From positions 20,522 to 84,521 of the forward strand of contig JBLIRG010000001.1 in NCBI GenBank assembly GCA_049472195.1: a DNA stretch of 64,000 bases, given 5' to 3'. How positions within the stretch are numbered: position 1 is the first letter of the stretch; the number at the start of each line of letters is the position of its first letter. Origin of the DNA: Thermoplasmatota archaeon (GTDB lineage Archaea; Thermoplasmatota; Penumbrarchaeia; Penumbrarchaeales; Penumbrarchaeaceae). Made by a program: the position numbers and the translations under genes. This document shows positions 1 through 8,148 of the stretch, piece by piece. Below the pieces are notes generated by a model. It saw only the letters and a list, made by a program, of their open reading frames with translations. It was not told the DNA's origin and ran no database searches.

Positions 1-250
1 CCTTGAAAGGCAGATAGATATCCGTATCCTTGAAATATAGACATCTTCCCCAGAGGAATTTGAAATCCTCAAACTGCGGAATGCCGCGCATCTCTGATGT
101 AAAACGCGTCTTTCCGATCCCGGCCTCCCCCTCGACCATTACGAGGGCTCCCTTTCCAATTTTAACCTCATCGAGGATCTTTGCTAGGCGGGAGAGTTCC
201 TCCTTTCTCCCAACGTAACCCGTTTTTTTCCTTTCGTGGGCCGGGAACAT
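1..250 (-). CDS. STAND/AAA-type ATPase, N-terminal part only; the gene continues beyond the window start
   Basis: Reverse-complement translation from an ATG at position 250 gives MFPAHERKKTGYVGRKEELSRLAKILDEVKIGKGALVMVEGEAGIGKTRF... This shows the FVGRxxEL...GEAGIGKT Walker-A architecture typical of STAND/AAA regulators. It is absent from the ORF track because it has no in-window stop codon. Confidence 0.5.
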   Translation of the reverse strand, partial: MFPAHERKKTGYVGRKEELSRLAKILDEVKIGKGALVMVEGEAGIGKTRFTSEMRGIPQFEDFKFLWGRCLYFKDTDIYLPFK

Positions 251-566
251 GACACTTCCTCATCCGTCTTGGTTTCTTACTTCCAATTTAGTATTAAATG
301 CTTTTTACATTTATAGCAGAATAGAGAAATATTGGATAAATTACCATTACCCGGGCATAAATTCCCGAATACTTTTAGTCATCCCCCGAATTATTTTATA
401 TTTCATCTAGTCCTCCCCCGCCTACCGCTCATTGGATATAATCCATCGAAGGGGATACATTTCTCTCGGGGGTGTCATCTACATATCAGAGGGATGACTC
501 CCTCCAGGGCCGGGGGATGTCTAACCGCTTAGTGGTAGCTATCATCAGTGCCTAGGAGGTCGCCAT

Positions 567-2855
567 TTGAACCTTGAACAGCTTAGAGATCCTGTTCTCA
601 CAGACAACGCACGTCTCGTCCTCAACAAAAGATATCTGAAAAAGGACGATGAAGGAAAAGTTATCGAAACACCCAAGGAGATGTTCTTCAGGGTAGCCAG
701 AAACATCGCGGAAGCGGATTTGATATTCGATGAAAAGGCTGACAGGGACAAGACCGAACTGGAATTCTACGAACTGATGGCATCGCTGGAATTCCTGCCC
801 AACTCACCGACATTGATGAATGCGGGAAGGGAGCTTCAGCAGCTATCGGCCTGTTTCGTACTTCCGGTCGATGATTCGCTGAAGGATATATTCGAGACCG
901 TGAAACAGACCGCGTTGATACACAAATCCGGCGGAGGTACCGGTTTCTCGTTTTCCAGAATCAGGCCCAAGAACGACCTGGTGAAATCCACAAAGGGAGT
1001 ATCATCAGGTCCTATATCGTTCATGCAGGTATTTGATTCGGCGACTGATGTGATTAAACAGGGAGGCACCCGGAGAGGTGCAAACATGGCTATCCTCAGG
1101 GTCGATCACCCGGATATAATGGATTTCATTACAGCCAAGGACGATAACAAGAAACTCAACAATTTCAACATCTCGGTTGCCATAACCGACAGGTTCATGA
1201 AGGCATTGGAAACGGGATCGGATTATGATCTGATCAATCCCAGAAGCGGTGATGTGGCGGGGCAGGAGAATTCATCGGCGGTTTTTGATATCATCGTTAA
1301 ACAGGCGCACAAGAACGGCGAGCCGGGGATAGTCTTCATCGACCGGATAAACAAGGACAATCCGACTCCCAAGATCGGCATGATAGAAAGCACCAATCCC
1401 TGCGGTGAACAGCCGCTGCTGCCTCATGAATCCTGCAATCTCGGATCCATAAACCTTTCCCTGATGTTGAAAGGAGATAATACTGTTGACTGGGACCGTC
1501 TGAGACGCGTTACCAGATCAGCGGTCCATTTTCTTGACAACGTTATCGAGATGAATAACTTCCCTCTTCCCGAGATCGAGAAGATGACAAAGGCAAACCG
1601 AAAAATAGGCCTTGGGATCATGGGATGGTCTGATCTTCTGTTCAAAATGGGAATCAGATACGATTCCCAGGATGCAGTGGAGCTTGCCTACAAGTTGATG
1701 GGCTTTATCGAGAAGGAGTCGAAATCCGCATCCATTGAGTTGGCCGAGAGGAGGGGTTCGTTCCCGAATTTCAAAGGATCGGTCTTCGATCGGAACAAGG
1801 AACCTCCCATCAGAAATGCGACCACGACCACCATAGCCCCGACCGGCACCATATCCATCATAGCAGGAACCTCTTCAGGTATTGAACCCCTATTTGCCCT
1901 GGCTTTCAAGAGGAATGTTCTCGACAAGGAGAAGATGCTGGAAGTCCATTCATACTTCAAGCAGGTGGCCCTGAGCGAAGGTTTCTTCTCGAACGAACTG
2001 ATGGAGAAGATCATCGAACACGGAACTGTCAGGGGGATTACATCGGTCCCGGAAAAATACCGGAACATTTTCGCCACTGCCCACGACGTGACCCCGGAAT
2101 GGCACATCAAGATGCAGGCAGCCTTCCAGAAGTACACGCATAATGCCGTTTCAAAAACAATTAACTTCCCGCACGAGGCAACCATCGAAGATGTGAAGAA
2201 CTCATACCTCATGGCGTTCCAACTCGATTGCAAGGGAGTAACCATCTACAGGGATGGAAGCAGGGAGGAGCAGGTCCTCTCCACCATAAAGAAGAAGAAG
2301 ACCGGTATGGACACGGGGACCATCAGGCCCAGGGACAGGCCGAAAACCATCCACGGAGTGACCGGAAAAGTGGATACCAGCTGCGGCGCACTCTATGTCA
2401 CGATAAATGCGGACAAGTTCGGCCCGTTCGAGATGTTCGCGAACCTCGGCAAGGGCGGAGGCTGCGCCGCCGCCCAGATCGAGGCGATCGCACGGCTCAC
2501 ATCTCTTTCCATGAGATCGGGGATCGATCCCTGGTTGATCGTGAAACAGCTGAAAATGATCAGATGTCCGAATCCGAAAATGGGTCCCGTAGGCATGGCC
2601 GAGGAATCCATTCTATCATGTCCGGACGGAATGGCCAAAGCGCTCGAAAGGTATCTCGAGGGAAAGCCCCCATCCATAGAACAGGAGGAGATCACCTCTC
2701 CCTCACTGGACTATTACTCCCAGGAGGAGGCAGATAAAGACGATGATCTCGCGGGAAACGAGATCGTCGGGGTCTGCCCGGACTGCGGCAACTCCCTCGT
2801 CTATCAGGATGGGTGCTCAATATGCCACTCGTGTTTCTATTCCAAATGTTCATGA
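567..2855 (+). CDS. nrdJ: Adenosylcobalamin-dependent ribonucleotide reductase, class II (NrdJ)
   Basis: 762 aa. Contains the class II RNR active-site block NPCGEQPLLPHESCNLGSINL and PTGTISIIAGTSSGIEP. Has a C-terminal Cys-rich zinc ribbon (CPDCGN...CSICHSCF). Uses a TTG start preceded by TAGGAGGT 7 nt upstream. Confidence 0.9.
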   Translation: MNLEQLRDPVLTDNARLVLNKRYLKKDDEGKVIETPKEMFFRVARNIAEADLIFDEKADRDKTELEFYELMASLEFLPNSPTLMNAGRELQQLSACFVLPVDDSLKDIFETVKQTALIHKSGGGTGFSFSRIRPKNDLVKSTKGVSSGPISFMQVFDSATDVIKQGGTRRGANMAILRVDHPDIMDFITAKDDNKKLNNFNISVAITDRFMKALETGSDYDLINPRSGDVAGQENSSAVFDIIVKQAHKNGEPGIVFIDRINKDNPTPKIGMIESTNPCGEQPLLPHESCNLGSINLSLMLKGDNTVDWDRLRRVTRSAVHFLDNVIEMNNFPLPEIEKMTKANRKIGLGIMGWSDLLFKMGIRYDSQDAVELAYKLMGFIEKESKSASIELAERRGSFPNFKGSVFDRNKEPPIRNATTTTIAPTGTISIIAGTSSGIEPLFALAFKRNVLDKEKMLEVHSYFKQVALSEGFFSNELMEKIIEHGTVRGITSVPEKYRNIFATAHDVTPEWHIKMQAAFQKYTHNAVSKTINFPHEATIEDVKNSYLMAFQLDCKGVTIYRDGSREEQVLSTIKKKKTGMDTGTIRPRDRPKTIHGVTGKVDTSCGALYVTINADKFGPFEMFANLGKGGGCAAAQIEAIARLTSLSMRSGIDPWLIVKQLKMIRCPNPKMGPVGMAEESILSCPDGMAKALERYLEGKPPSIEQEEITSPSLDYYSQEEADKDDDLAGNEIVGVCPDCGNSLVYQDGCSICHSCFYSKCS

Positions 2856-2864
2856 GGATTGTAA

Positions 2865-3455
2865 ATGGATGAAGGTAAGGACGAGATCCGGGGGGATGGG
2901 TTCGCACCGGTCGGCCCTTTCAAGGGCCGGCCAACCTTCATCAGATCCGCACTCAGGCCGGTCGATCCAAGGATATCGATCCGCATAGATGAAATGATCC
3001 GGAACCTCAGATCCGGCGGAGTGAAAGATGATCCCGGGATCTCCATAGGCATCAGATCCCTGGACGGATATTACACGAACGGATCGAATATCACCCTATT
3101 GCAAATAAAAGGGGAGGAGCTTCTGGACATCATCAACTTCGATCCAACCAGGGAGGTGTTCATGATTTCAGGCGAGGGGCAGGCCGATATATCGGCAGAG
3201 TTGCTCTGGTTCGGATTCGAGGCCTTTCCCGACGACTCGACAATGTGCATTGCGGGTGAATCAGGGACCTGGCCCATGGTTATACCGGAGAAATCCGATG
3301 ACAGAATCGATCTGGCCCTGGATATTCTGAGAAAATGGAAGCAAAATAAATGTGCGGTTATCAACGGTTATCGATTTTTCAGGGGGAGCGCCATACAGGA
3401 TCTGGAGCACTATCTTCTTTCCGAATTCGCCGAAAGCGATCAGAAATCCCAGTGA
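2865..3455 (+). CDS. Hypothetical protein
   Basis: 196-aa ORF immediately downstream of nrdJ with coding-like codon usage. No recognisable motifs. Confidence 0.4.
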   Translation: MDEGKDEIRGDGFAPVGPFKGRPTFIRSALRPVDPRISIRIDEMIRNLRSGGVKDDPGISIGIRSLDGYYTNGSNITLLQIKGEELLDIINFDPTREVFMISGEGQADISAELLWFGFEAFPDDSTMCIAGESGTWPMVIPEKSDDRIDLALDILRKWKQNKCAVINGYRFFRGSAIQDLEHYLLSEFAESDQKSQ

Positions 3456-4204
3456 TCCCTGAGGACCTCCTCCGTTTCGATGACTATTCCCTCGATGACA
3501 GGAAGGCTGTCAAGGATTCCGAACCAGTAAATGACCATGCCCGGACCGAATATCTCAAGATATGATTCAAGCTGTTTCGACAGGTTCTTCCGGACCTCCC
3601 TCTGATCTCCGAAGGACGCTTTTGATTCTATCCACACGATCTTCTCCCCCCTGAAATAAACAGGCTCCTTCAGGAGAAAATCCGGGGTCTTCCCACCGAG
3701 GCTTCTGAGATCCTCTTCCCGCTCGTATTCAACACCGTTCTCATCCAGCCATACCCTGAGCCTCTCTTCTCCCCACTCACCGCGTTTCCTCTGAACCTCG
3801 TATCCCTCAGGACTGTATATCGGATCCTTTATCCTGACCTTCTCTATCTCCTTTCGCATTCTCTGGTTTTTAATCTTCTCGGGATGGTTGAGCATCTTTC
3901 TGAATGATTTCTTGCCGTACTCCATATTGGTAACAATTATGTAGGCGGCCATGACCGGCGGGTAGTCGATCTCTTCCGCGATCTTGAGGAAAGATTTCCC
4001 TGATCTCCATTCTTTCGTCAACTTGTCAGCTTTATTCTTGACCTTATGGAATTTCGATGTTACGTCCCTAATCTGCTTCTGGGTGAAGATCACAAGAAAC
4101 AGCTCTCTATCGTAATAGTTGTATTTTGATGCGAGTCTGTCGATGTCCTCGTATCTGTTCAAATCGTCGTATATTTCCTGATATGTTCTCTCGTCGATGA
4201 TCAT
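3440..4204 (-). CDS. Predicted PD-(D/E)xK-family nuclease, possibly CDIN1-like, with an N-terminal helical domain
   Basis: The ORF 3440..4393 was trimmed to the internal Met MIIDERTY at about 4204, which avoids overlap with the upstream gene. The C-terminus GKTPDFLL...(18 aa)...IVWIESKA gives a D...E-x-K arrangement typical of PD-(D/E)xK nucleases. Confidence 0.5.
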   Translation of the reverse strand: MIIDERTYQEIYDDLNRYEDIDRLASKYNYYDRELFLVIFTQKQIRDVTSKFHKVKNKADKLTKEWRSGKSFLKIAEEIDYPPVMAAYIIVTNMEYGKKSFRKMLNHPEKIKNQRMRKEIEKVRIKDPIYSPEGYEVQRKRGEWGEERLRVWLDENGVEYEREEDLRSLGGKTPDFLLKEPVYFRGEKIVWIESKASFGDQREVRKNLSKQLESYLEIFGPGMVIYWFGILDSLPVIEGIVIETEEVLRDHWDF

Positions 4205-4284
4205 GTTAAAACGCCTTTTCTGTTTAATCTCTGTACTATTGATCTCTAATTCACTCTTTCGAAAAACCATAAGATAGAAGTAAC

Positions 4285-4776
4285 TTACGGTGGAATTTGA
4301 AAATCTTCCGGCATCAATCCATGCTCCTTCAGAATCGATGTGATCCCTTCCCAGTGCGTCCCGTACCAGTATATCTTCGAGCATTCGGAACATATAAGGA
4401 ACAGGCTCTGGTTCTCCATGACCTTCGTCGGAATGTTCATTTCATCTTTCCTTTCAAGGTCGCTCTTTCGGATCGAAACCAGTTCTCCATTGCATACGGG
4501 GCATCGGCTCTTCCCGGGAGGATTATCATTTACCGGATAGGACTCGAATACCTCCGCCAACTGCGTCACCAGATCATCCGATCTTACAAGAAGGGACTCG
4601 ATACCCTTCATATTGGATAGATCCCGATCCCTGGTAAGCAGGACCCTGCCTTCCGATACCGAGATCTGATTGAGCTCCCTGTCCGTCAAACCCCTGGGGG
4701 AAATCACATCATATCCCGCCATTCTCAGCCATCTGGCAAGTTTGCTCAACATCTCGTCGCAGAGGTAGGATACCAT
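4285..4776 (-). CDS. Mut7-C RNase domain protein (DUF82, PIN-like) with a C-terminal zinc ribbon
   Basis: The N-terminus MVSYLCDEMLSKLARWLRMAGYDV matches the DUF82/Mut7-C signature. A zinc ribbon follows (CPVCNG...CSECSKIYWYGTHW). 163 aa. Confidence 0.7.
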   Translation of the reverse strand: MVSYLCDEMLSKLARWLRMAGYDVISPRGLTDRELNQISVSEGRVLLTRDRDLSNMKGIESLLVRSDDLVTQLAEVFESYPVNDNPPGKSRCPVCNGELVSIRKSDLERKDEMNIPTKVMENQSLFLICSECSKIYWYGTHWEGITSILKEHGLMPEDFQIPP

Positions 4777-4881
4777 ACAGACAACCCTTGAACAGACCTT
4801 CGAGGGTGTTTCTACGGTAAAAAGTCTGTTTTCGAAACAACTAATATATATACACTTCTATGTGGTTGTAAAAACATTTAT

Positions 4882-4907
4882 ATGTATGCATGTGCATGTA
4901 TGCACAT
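4882..4907. promoter_or_regulatory. Operator-like repeats between the TATA-like box and the start of the wHTH gene
   Basis: The 9-nt direct repeat ATGTATGCA occurs twice, at 4882 and 4896. A perfect inverted repeat GTGCAT-gt-ATGCAC lies at 4892-4905. A TATA-like sequence cattTATAT is at about 4875-4884 and GGGGAG at 4911-4916. Confidence 0.35.
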
Positions 4908-4925
4908 ATCGGGGAGATGTATCGT

Positions 4926-5264
4926 ATGAACGTGCTAGAAACTTCAAAGGTGCTTTCGGACAAACAGGCTCTCAGGATCCTGTCCGCAACGCAGATCAGG
5001 CCTTACACGGTCCAGGAGCTCTCGGAGACCCTGGAAACACCGCTTGCCGGAGTGTATAAGAAGATTAAGGAACTGGAGACAGCCGGTTTTATCACCCAGA
5101 AGGATAGAATCCTGACCAACTACGGAAAAAGGGTAACCAGATACACATCTCTGGTGAAGGGATTCTATGTTCAGTTCTACAACAATGAACTTAGGATCAC
5201 ACTTGAGATGGAAGACGCTGAGAAGTGCGTCAAGCTCACCTGGTCACCATTGATGAACAGTTGA
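4926..5264 (+). CDS. Winged-helix (ArsR/TrmB-like) transcriptional regulator
   Basis: About 113 aa. The HTH segment is PYTVQELSETLETPLAGVYKKIKELETAGFI. The longest ORF starts at 4890, but GGGGAG lies 9 nt upstream of the ATG at 4926. The start could equally be 4890 or 4917. Confidence 0.6.
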   Translation: MNVLETSKVLSDKQALRILSATQIRPYTVQELSETLETPLAGVYKKIKELETAGFITQKDRILTNYGKRVTRYTSLVKGFYVQFYNNELRITLEMEDAEKCVKLTWSPLMNS

Positions 5265-5297
5265 ACGGGACCGTATGGTCCCGTTTCATTTTTTTTC
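5265..5297 (+). terminator. Hairpin followed by a T8 run, terminator-like
   Basis: AACGGGACC-gtat-GGTCCCGTT forms a 9-bp stem and is followed by tcaTTTTTTTT, directly after the stop codon of the wHTH gene. Confidence 0.5.
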
Positions 5298-5424
5298 TAA
5301 TTTTCAGTTAATTTTCATTATTTTTGGCATATATTCCGGTCAATTCCCGTTAGTTCATTGTCCGATAAATCTTTTATACTCCATCATGGAAATATCATAC
5401 ATTGTATAATCAGGAGGACAAAGA

Positions 5425-7956
5425 ATGAGAAAACTGGCAGCAGCGATCGGATGCCTTCTAATCATGGTCGCATTGGTCGGTTTCGTATCGGCTCTCAACC
5501 CCCTGTCCAACAAGGACTGGGAATACGACCCTGACAATGACGGTTTGAACAACCTGGAGGAGTTCTCGGCAGGATCCGACCCCAACAACTGGGACACGGA
5601 CGGAGACGGACTGCCGGACGGATGGGAAGTGGACAACAGCCTCGACCCAACAGATCCGGCTGACGCGGAACTCGACAACGACTACTGGGGAGGAGAGGAA
5701 TACGCTTCCTACTCCGCAGTACCTGAAAGCCACTACAACAACTACGACGAATACTTCAGGTACCTCGGAGACGACCCTGAAACAGGAAAGAAACTCTACA
5801 GACCAACGGACCCGAACAACCCGGACACCGACGGCGACTCCATACTCGACCCGGACGACGCCTGGCCCTGGGACTTCTCCGACAAGGGAGGAGCGGGTGC
5901 TGGCGGCGGTTCCGACTCAATGGGACCGGGAGAACCCCTGGAACTGGAGACGCTTGATACCGACGGGGATGGGATCCTTGACCTGGACGAGACACTCCTG
6001 GGAACGGATCCATTCAATCCCGACACCGACGGGGACGGACTCATAGACTCCATGGAGCTTTCACTGGACCTCGATCCCAATGACTGGGACACCGACGACG
6101 ACATGCTCATCGACGGAGTCGAGATGGGATCCGGCGACTCAACGGACGGACACCTGAAGGATACCGACAACGACGGACTTCCGGATTACTGGGAGGACAA
6201 CGACGGCGACGGTATACTCAACGGCGAGGAGCAGGATGTGGTCATGTTCTGGATGTTGTTCTGGATCCCGGCAAACCAGGGAGGAGGTGGCCTCAACCCC
6301 GAATTGACCTACAGGATCAAATTCCGGGGCGCATCCCTTCTTGGAATGGATCCTAATACCAATGATACCGATTCCGATGAGATCTCCGACGATAAGGAGA
6401 CCCAGGCTTACGGACCGGGGCCTATCAACAAGAACTCGAGGTCGGAGTACGGATATCATCAGGTTAACAACAAGTCCGCCAAGAACACAAATGAGAACAG
6501 CCCTTATTACAATCAGGTCGTATGGAGGCCCGATCGATACAATGACGATCACAGCATCAGCAATCCCAACTCGGGATTCTCGATATGGACCGAGAACAGG
6601 TTCTCCTGGTATGAATACTGGATGACAAAGGCTTACAACTACGGAGAACTCCCGGTCAACAAATACAACGTGGTTCTATACAACATCAACCCCTGGCTCT
6701 GGTGGTACATGCTTTACGATTTCGCCATCGGAAACGGATGGGTGACCGCTGAGCAGTTCGCGGAGCAGTTCCTTCACCTCAACCTCGACGTGTCAGCTCT
6801 GGGGATCGGACCCTACAAACAGCCGGTTACCTTCGATGACATATTCGGATGGATGGAGAGGGGCCCAGCGACAACCGATCCGAAGACATTCAGGTGGAAC
6901 ATGTACGATCTTAACCCGTGCAGCGACGATACCGATAACGACAGGATGGAGGATAACTGGGATCCCAGGCCCACGATTCCCGACGACAGGCTGGATACGG
7001 CTATTGCCCTCAGAAGGATTGGGTTCCCAACACCAACGGGAAGCCTTAACTGGTACTGGCCCGGCTTCGGACCCGGACTGCAGTATCCCCTGGGAGCCAT
7101 TCTCTCACCCACATTCGTGTGGAGGGATGCAAACGGCAACTTCATGCACGACTACTTCGGATTCCCCTACAGGATAATCGACTCGACCATGAACAAGGGG
7201 GATCCCCTTTACATGGAGATAATCGTCGGTATCGAGAGAGGTGAACCCGGATCGGAGTTCTTCCAGCGCGGGTTCTACCAGTATCTCAACGTATCGATCG
7301 GATTCCATAACGGAACGATAGATGTGGTGGAGGACGAATGGGGGCCGGGACCGAGCAACAACATCTCCTATGACGTCGATGATGACGTTGACGGGGACGG
7401 GGTGCCGATCGGTGCGGATGCGAATCCCATGACTCCATGGGATTACAACCCGACCAACACGGACTATCCCATGTTCTCGCTGGGTCTGGATGATCTGAAT
7501 CCTGACGCTATCCCGGATCATATGAAGTTCGAGGATTTCGATCCTACGAACTACAGGGTGCCGACAATATTCGGTGTGCTGGCATCGGATGATTCAGGCG
7601 ACATACCTGCGTTCCCCGGACCCGCGGACTTTGGTGGAATAAAGACCACCTACGTCGATCCCGACACAGGTCTCGGTCACGGAGGCGAGAAGGTTCCATT
7701 CGTGAACGTCTCCCAGTATCCAAATCCGGACGCACCTCTGAGACTGGGAACCAACTGGCTGTGCTGGTCCCACATGACCTTCTACACGGTTGGCTTCTAC
7801 TTCATGGTCCCCGAGGGGGTCATGGCGGGATACGTGGTCATGGACTTCATGGTCAACACGGACCAGAACATCCACGTGGAAATGTCATTCGATGTCTTCT
7901 CGGGACTGGCCTTCGGCCTTGGACCGGATGACGGATGGCCCTACATGGCTTACTGA
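5425..7956 (+). CDS. Secreted protein with thrombospondin type-3-like Ca2+-binding repeats
   Basis: Signal peptide MRKLAAAIGCLLIMVALVGFVSA. Repeated D-x-D-x-D-G motifs appear: DPNNWDTDGDGLPDGWE, DPNNPDTDGDSILDPDD, DPFNPDTDGDGLIDSME, DPNDWDTDDDMLIDGVE, DTDNDGLPDYWED. A strong AGGAGG box lies 8 nt upstream. Confidence 0.75.
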   Translation: MRKLAAAIGCLLIMVALVGFVSALNPLSNKDWEYDPDNDGLNNLEEFSAGSDPNNWDTDGDGLPDGWEVDNSLDPTDPADAELDNDYWGGEEYASYSAVPESHYNNYDEYFRYLGDDPETGKKLYRPTDPNNPDTDGDSILDPDDAWPWDFSDKGGAGAGGGSDSMGPGEPLELETLDTDGDGILDLDETLLGTDPFNPDTDGDGLIDSMELSLDLDPNDWDTDDDMLIDGVEMGSGDSTDGHLKDTDNDGLPDYWEDNDGDGILNGEEQDVVMFWMLFWIPANQGGGGLNPELTYRIKFRGASLLGMDPNTNDTDSDEISDDKETQAYGPGPINKNSRSEYGYHQVNNKSAKNTNENSPYYNQVVWRPDRYNDDHSISNPNSGFSIWTENRFSWYEYWMTKAYNYGELPVNKYNVVLYNINPWLWWYMLYDFAIGNGWVTAEQFAEQFLHLNLDVSALGIGPYKQPVTFDDIFGWMERGPATTDPKTFRWNMYDLNPCSDDTDNDRMEDNWDPRPTIPDDRLDTAIALRRIGFPTPTGSLNWYWPGFGPGLQYPLGAILSPTFVWRDANGNFMHDYFGFPYRIIDSTMNKGDPLYMEIIVGIERGEPGSEFFQRGFYQYLNVSIGFHNGTIDVVEDEWGPGPSNNISYDVDDDVDGDGVPIGADANPMTPWDYNPTNTDYPMFSLGLDDLNPDAIPDHMKFEDFDPTNYRVPTIFGVLASDDSGDIPAFPGPADFGGIKTTYVDPDTGLGHGGEKVPFVNVSQYPNPDAPLRLGTNWLCWSHMTFYTVGFYFMVPEGVMAGYVVMDFMVNTDQNIHVEMSFDVFSGLAFGLGPDDGWPYMAY

Positions 7957-7976
7957 TCGTTTCGAACGATCGTATC

Positions 7977-8011
7977 GGGGGAGGGGATCATTTTCCTCCC
8001 CCATTTTTTTT
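7977..8011 (+). terminator. GC hairpin followed by a T8 run
   Basis: GGGGGAGG-ggatcatttt-CCTCCCCC followed by aTTTTTTTT, downstream of the stop at 7956. A second palindrome GATCGTTtcgaAACGATC lies at 7955-7972. Confidence 0.5.
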
Positions 8012-8148
8012 GTACATCTATCCGCCCAACAGATCGCTTTGATGTCTGAATGATCCTATTTTCATGTACATAGGATTTTTAATATAGGATAAGCATAATC
8101 CATCTCCCTGGACGTTCGGTACCGGTAGTGATTCACGGAGGACCTGCA

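Noticed and set aside
330-566. Possible cobalamin riboswitch ahead of the B12-dependent nrdJ
   Set aside because: I could not find B12-box-like conserved elements. Only a short hairpin and an SD are present. Class II RNR genes are not normally riboswitch-controlled.
2780-2855. CSICH (CXXCH) motif at the C-terminus of NrdJ
   Set aside because: It is part of a cytoplasmic Cys-rich zinc ribbon (CPDCGN...CSICHSCF), not a secreted heme-c site.
4297-4620. 107-aa and 66-aa plus-strand ORFs
   Set aside because: They are antisense to the Mut7-C gene, which has a clear DUF82 signature plus a zinc ribbon.
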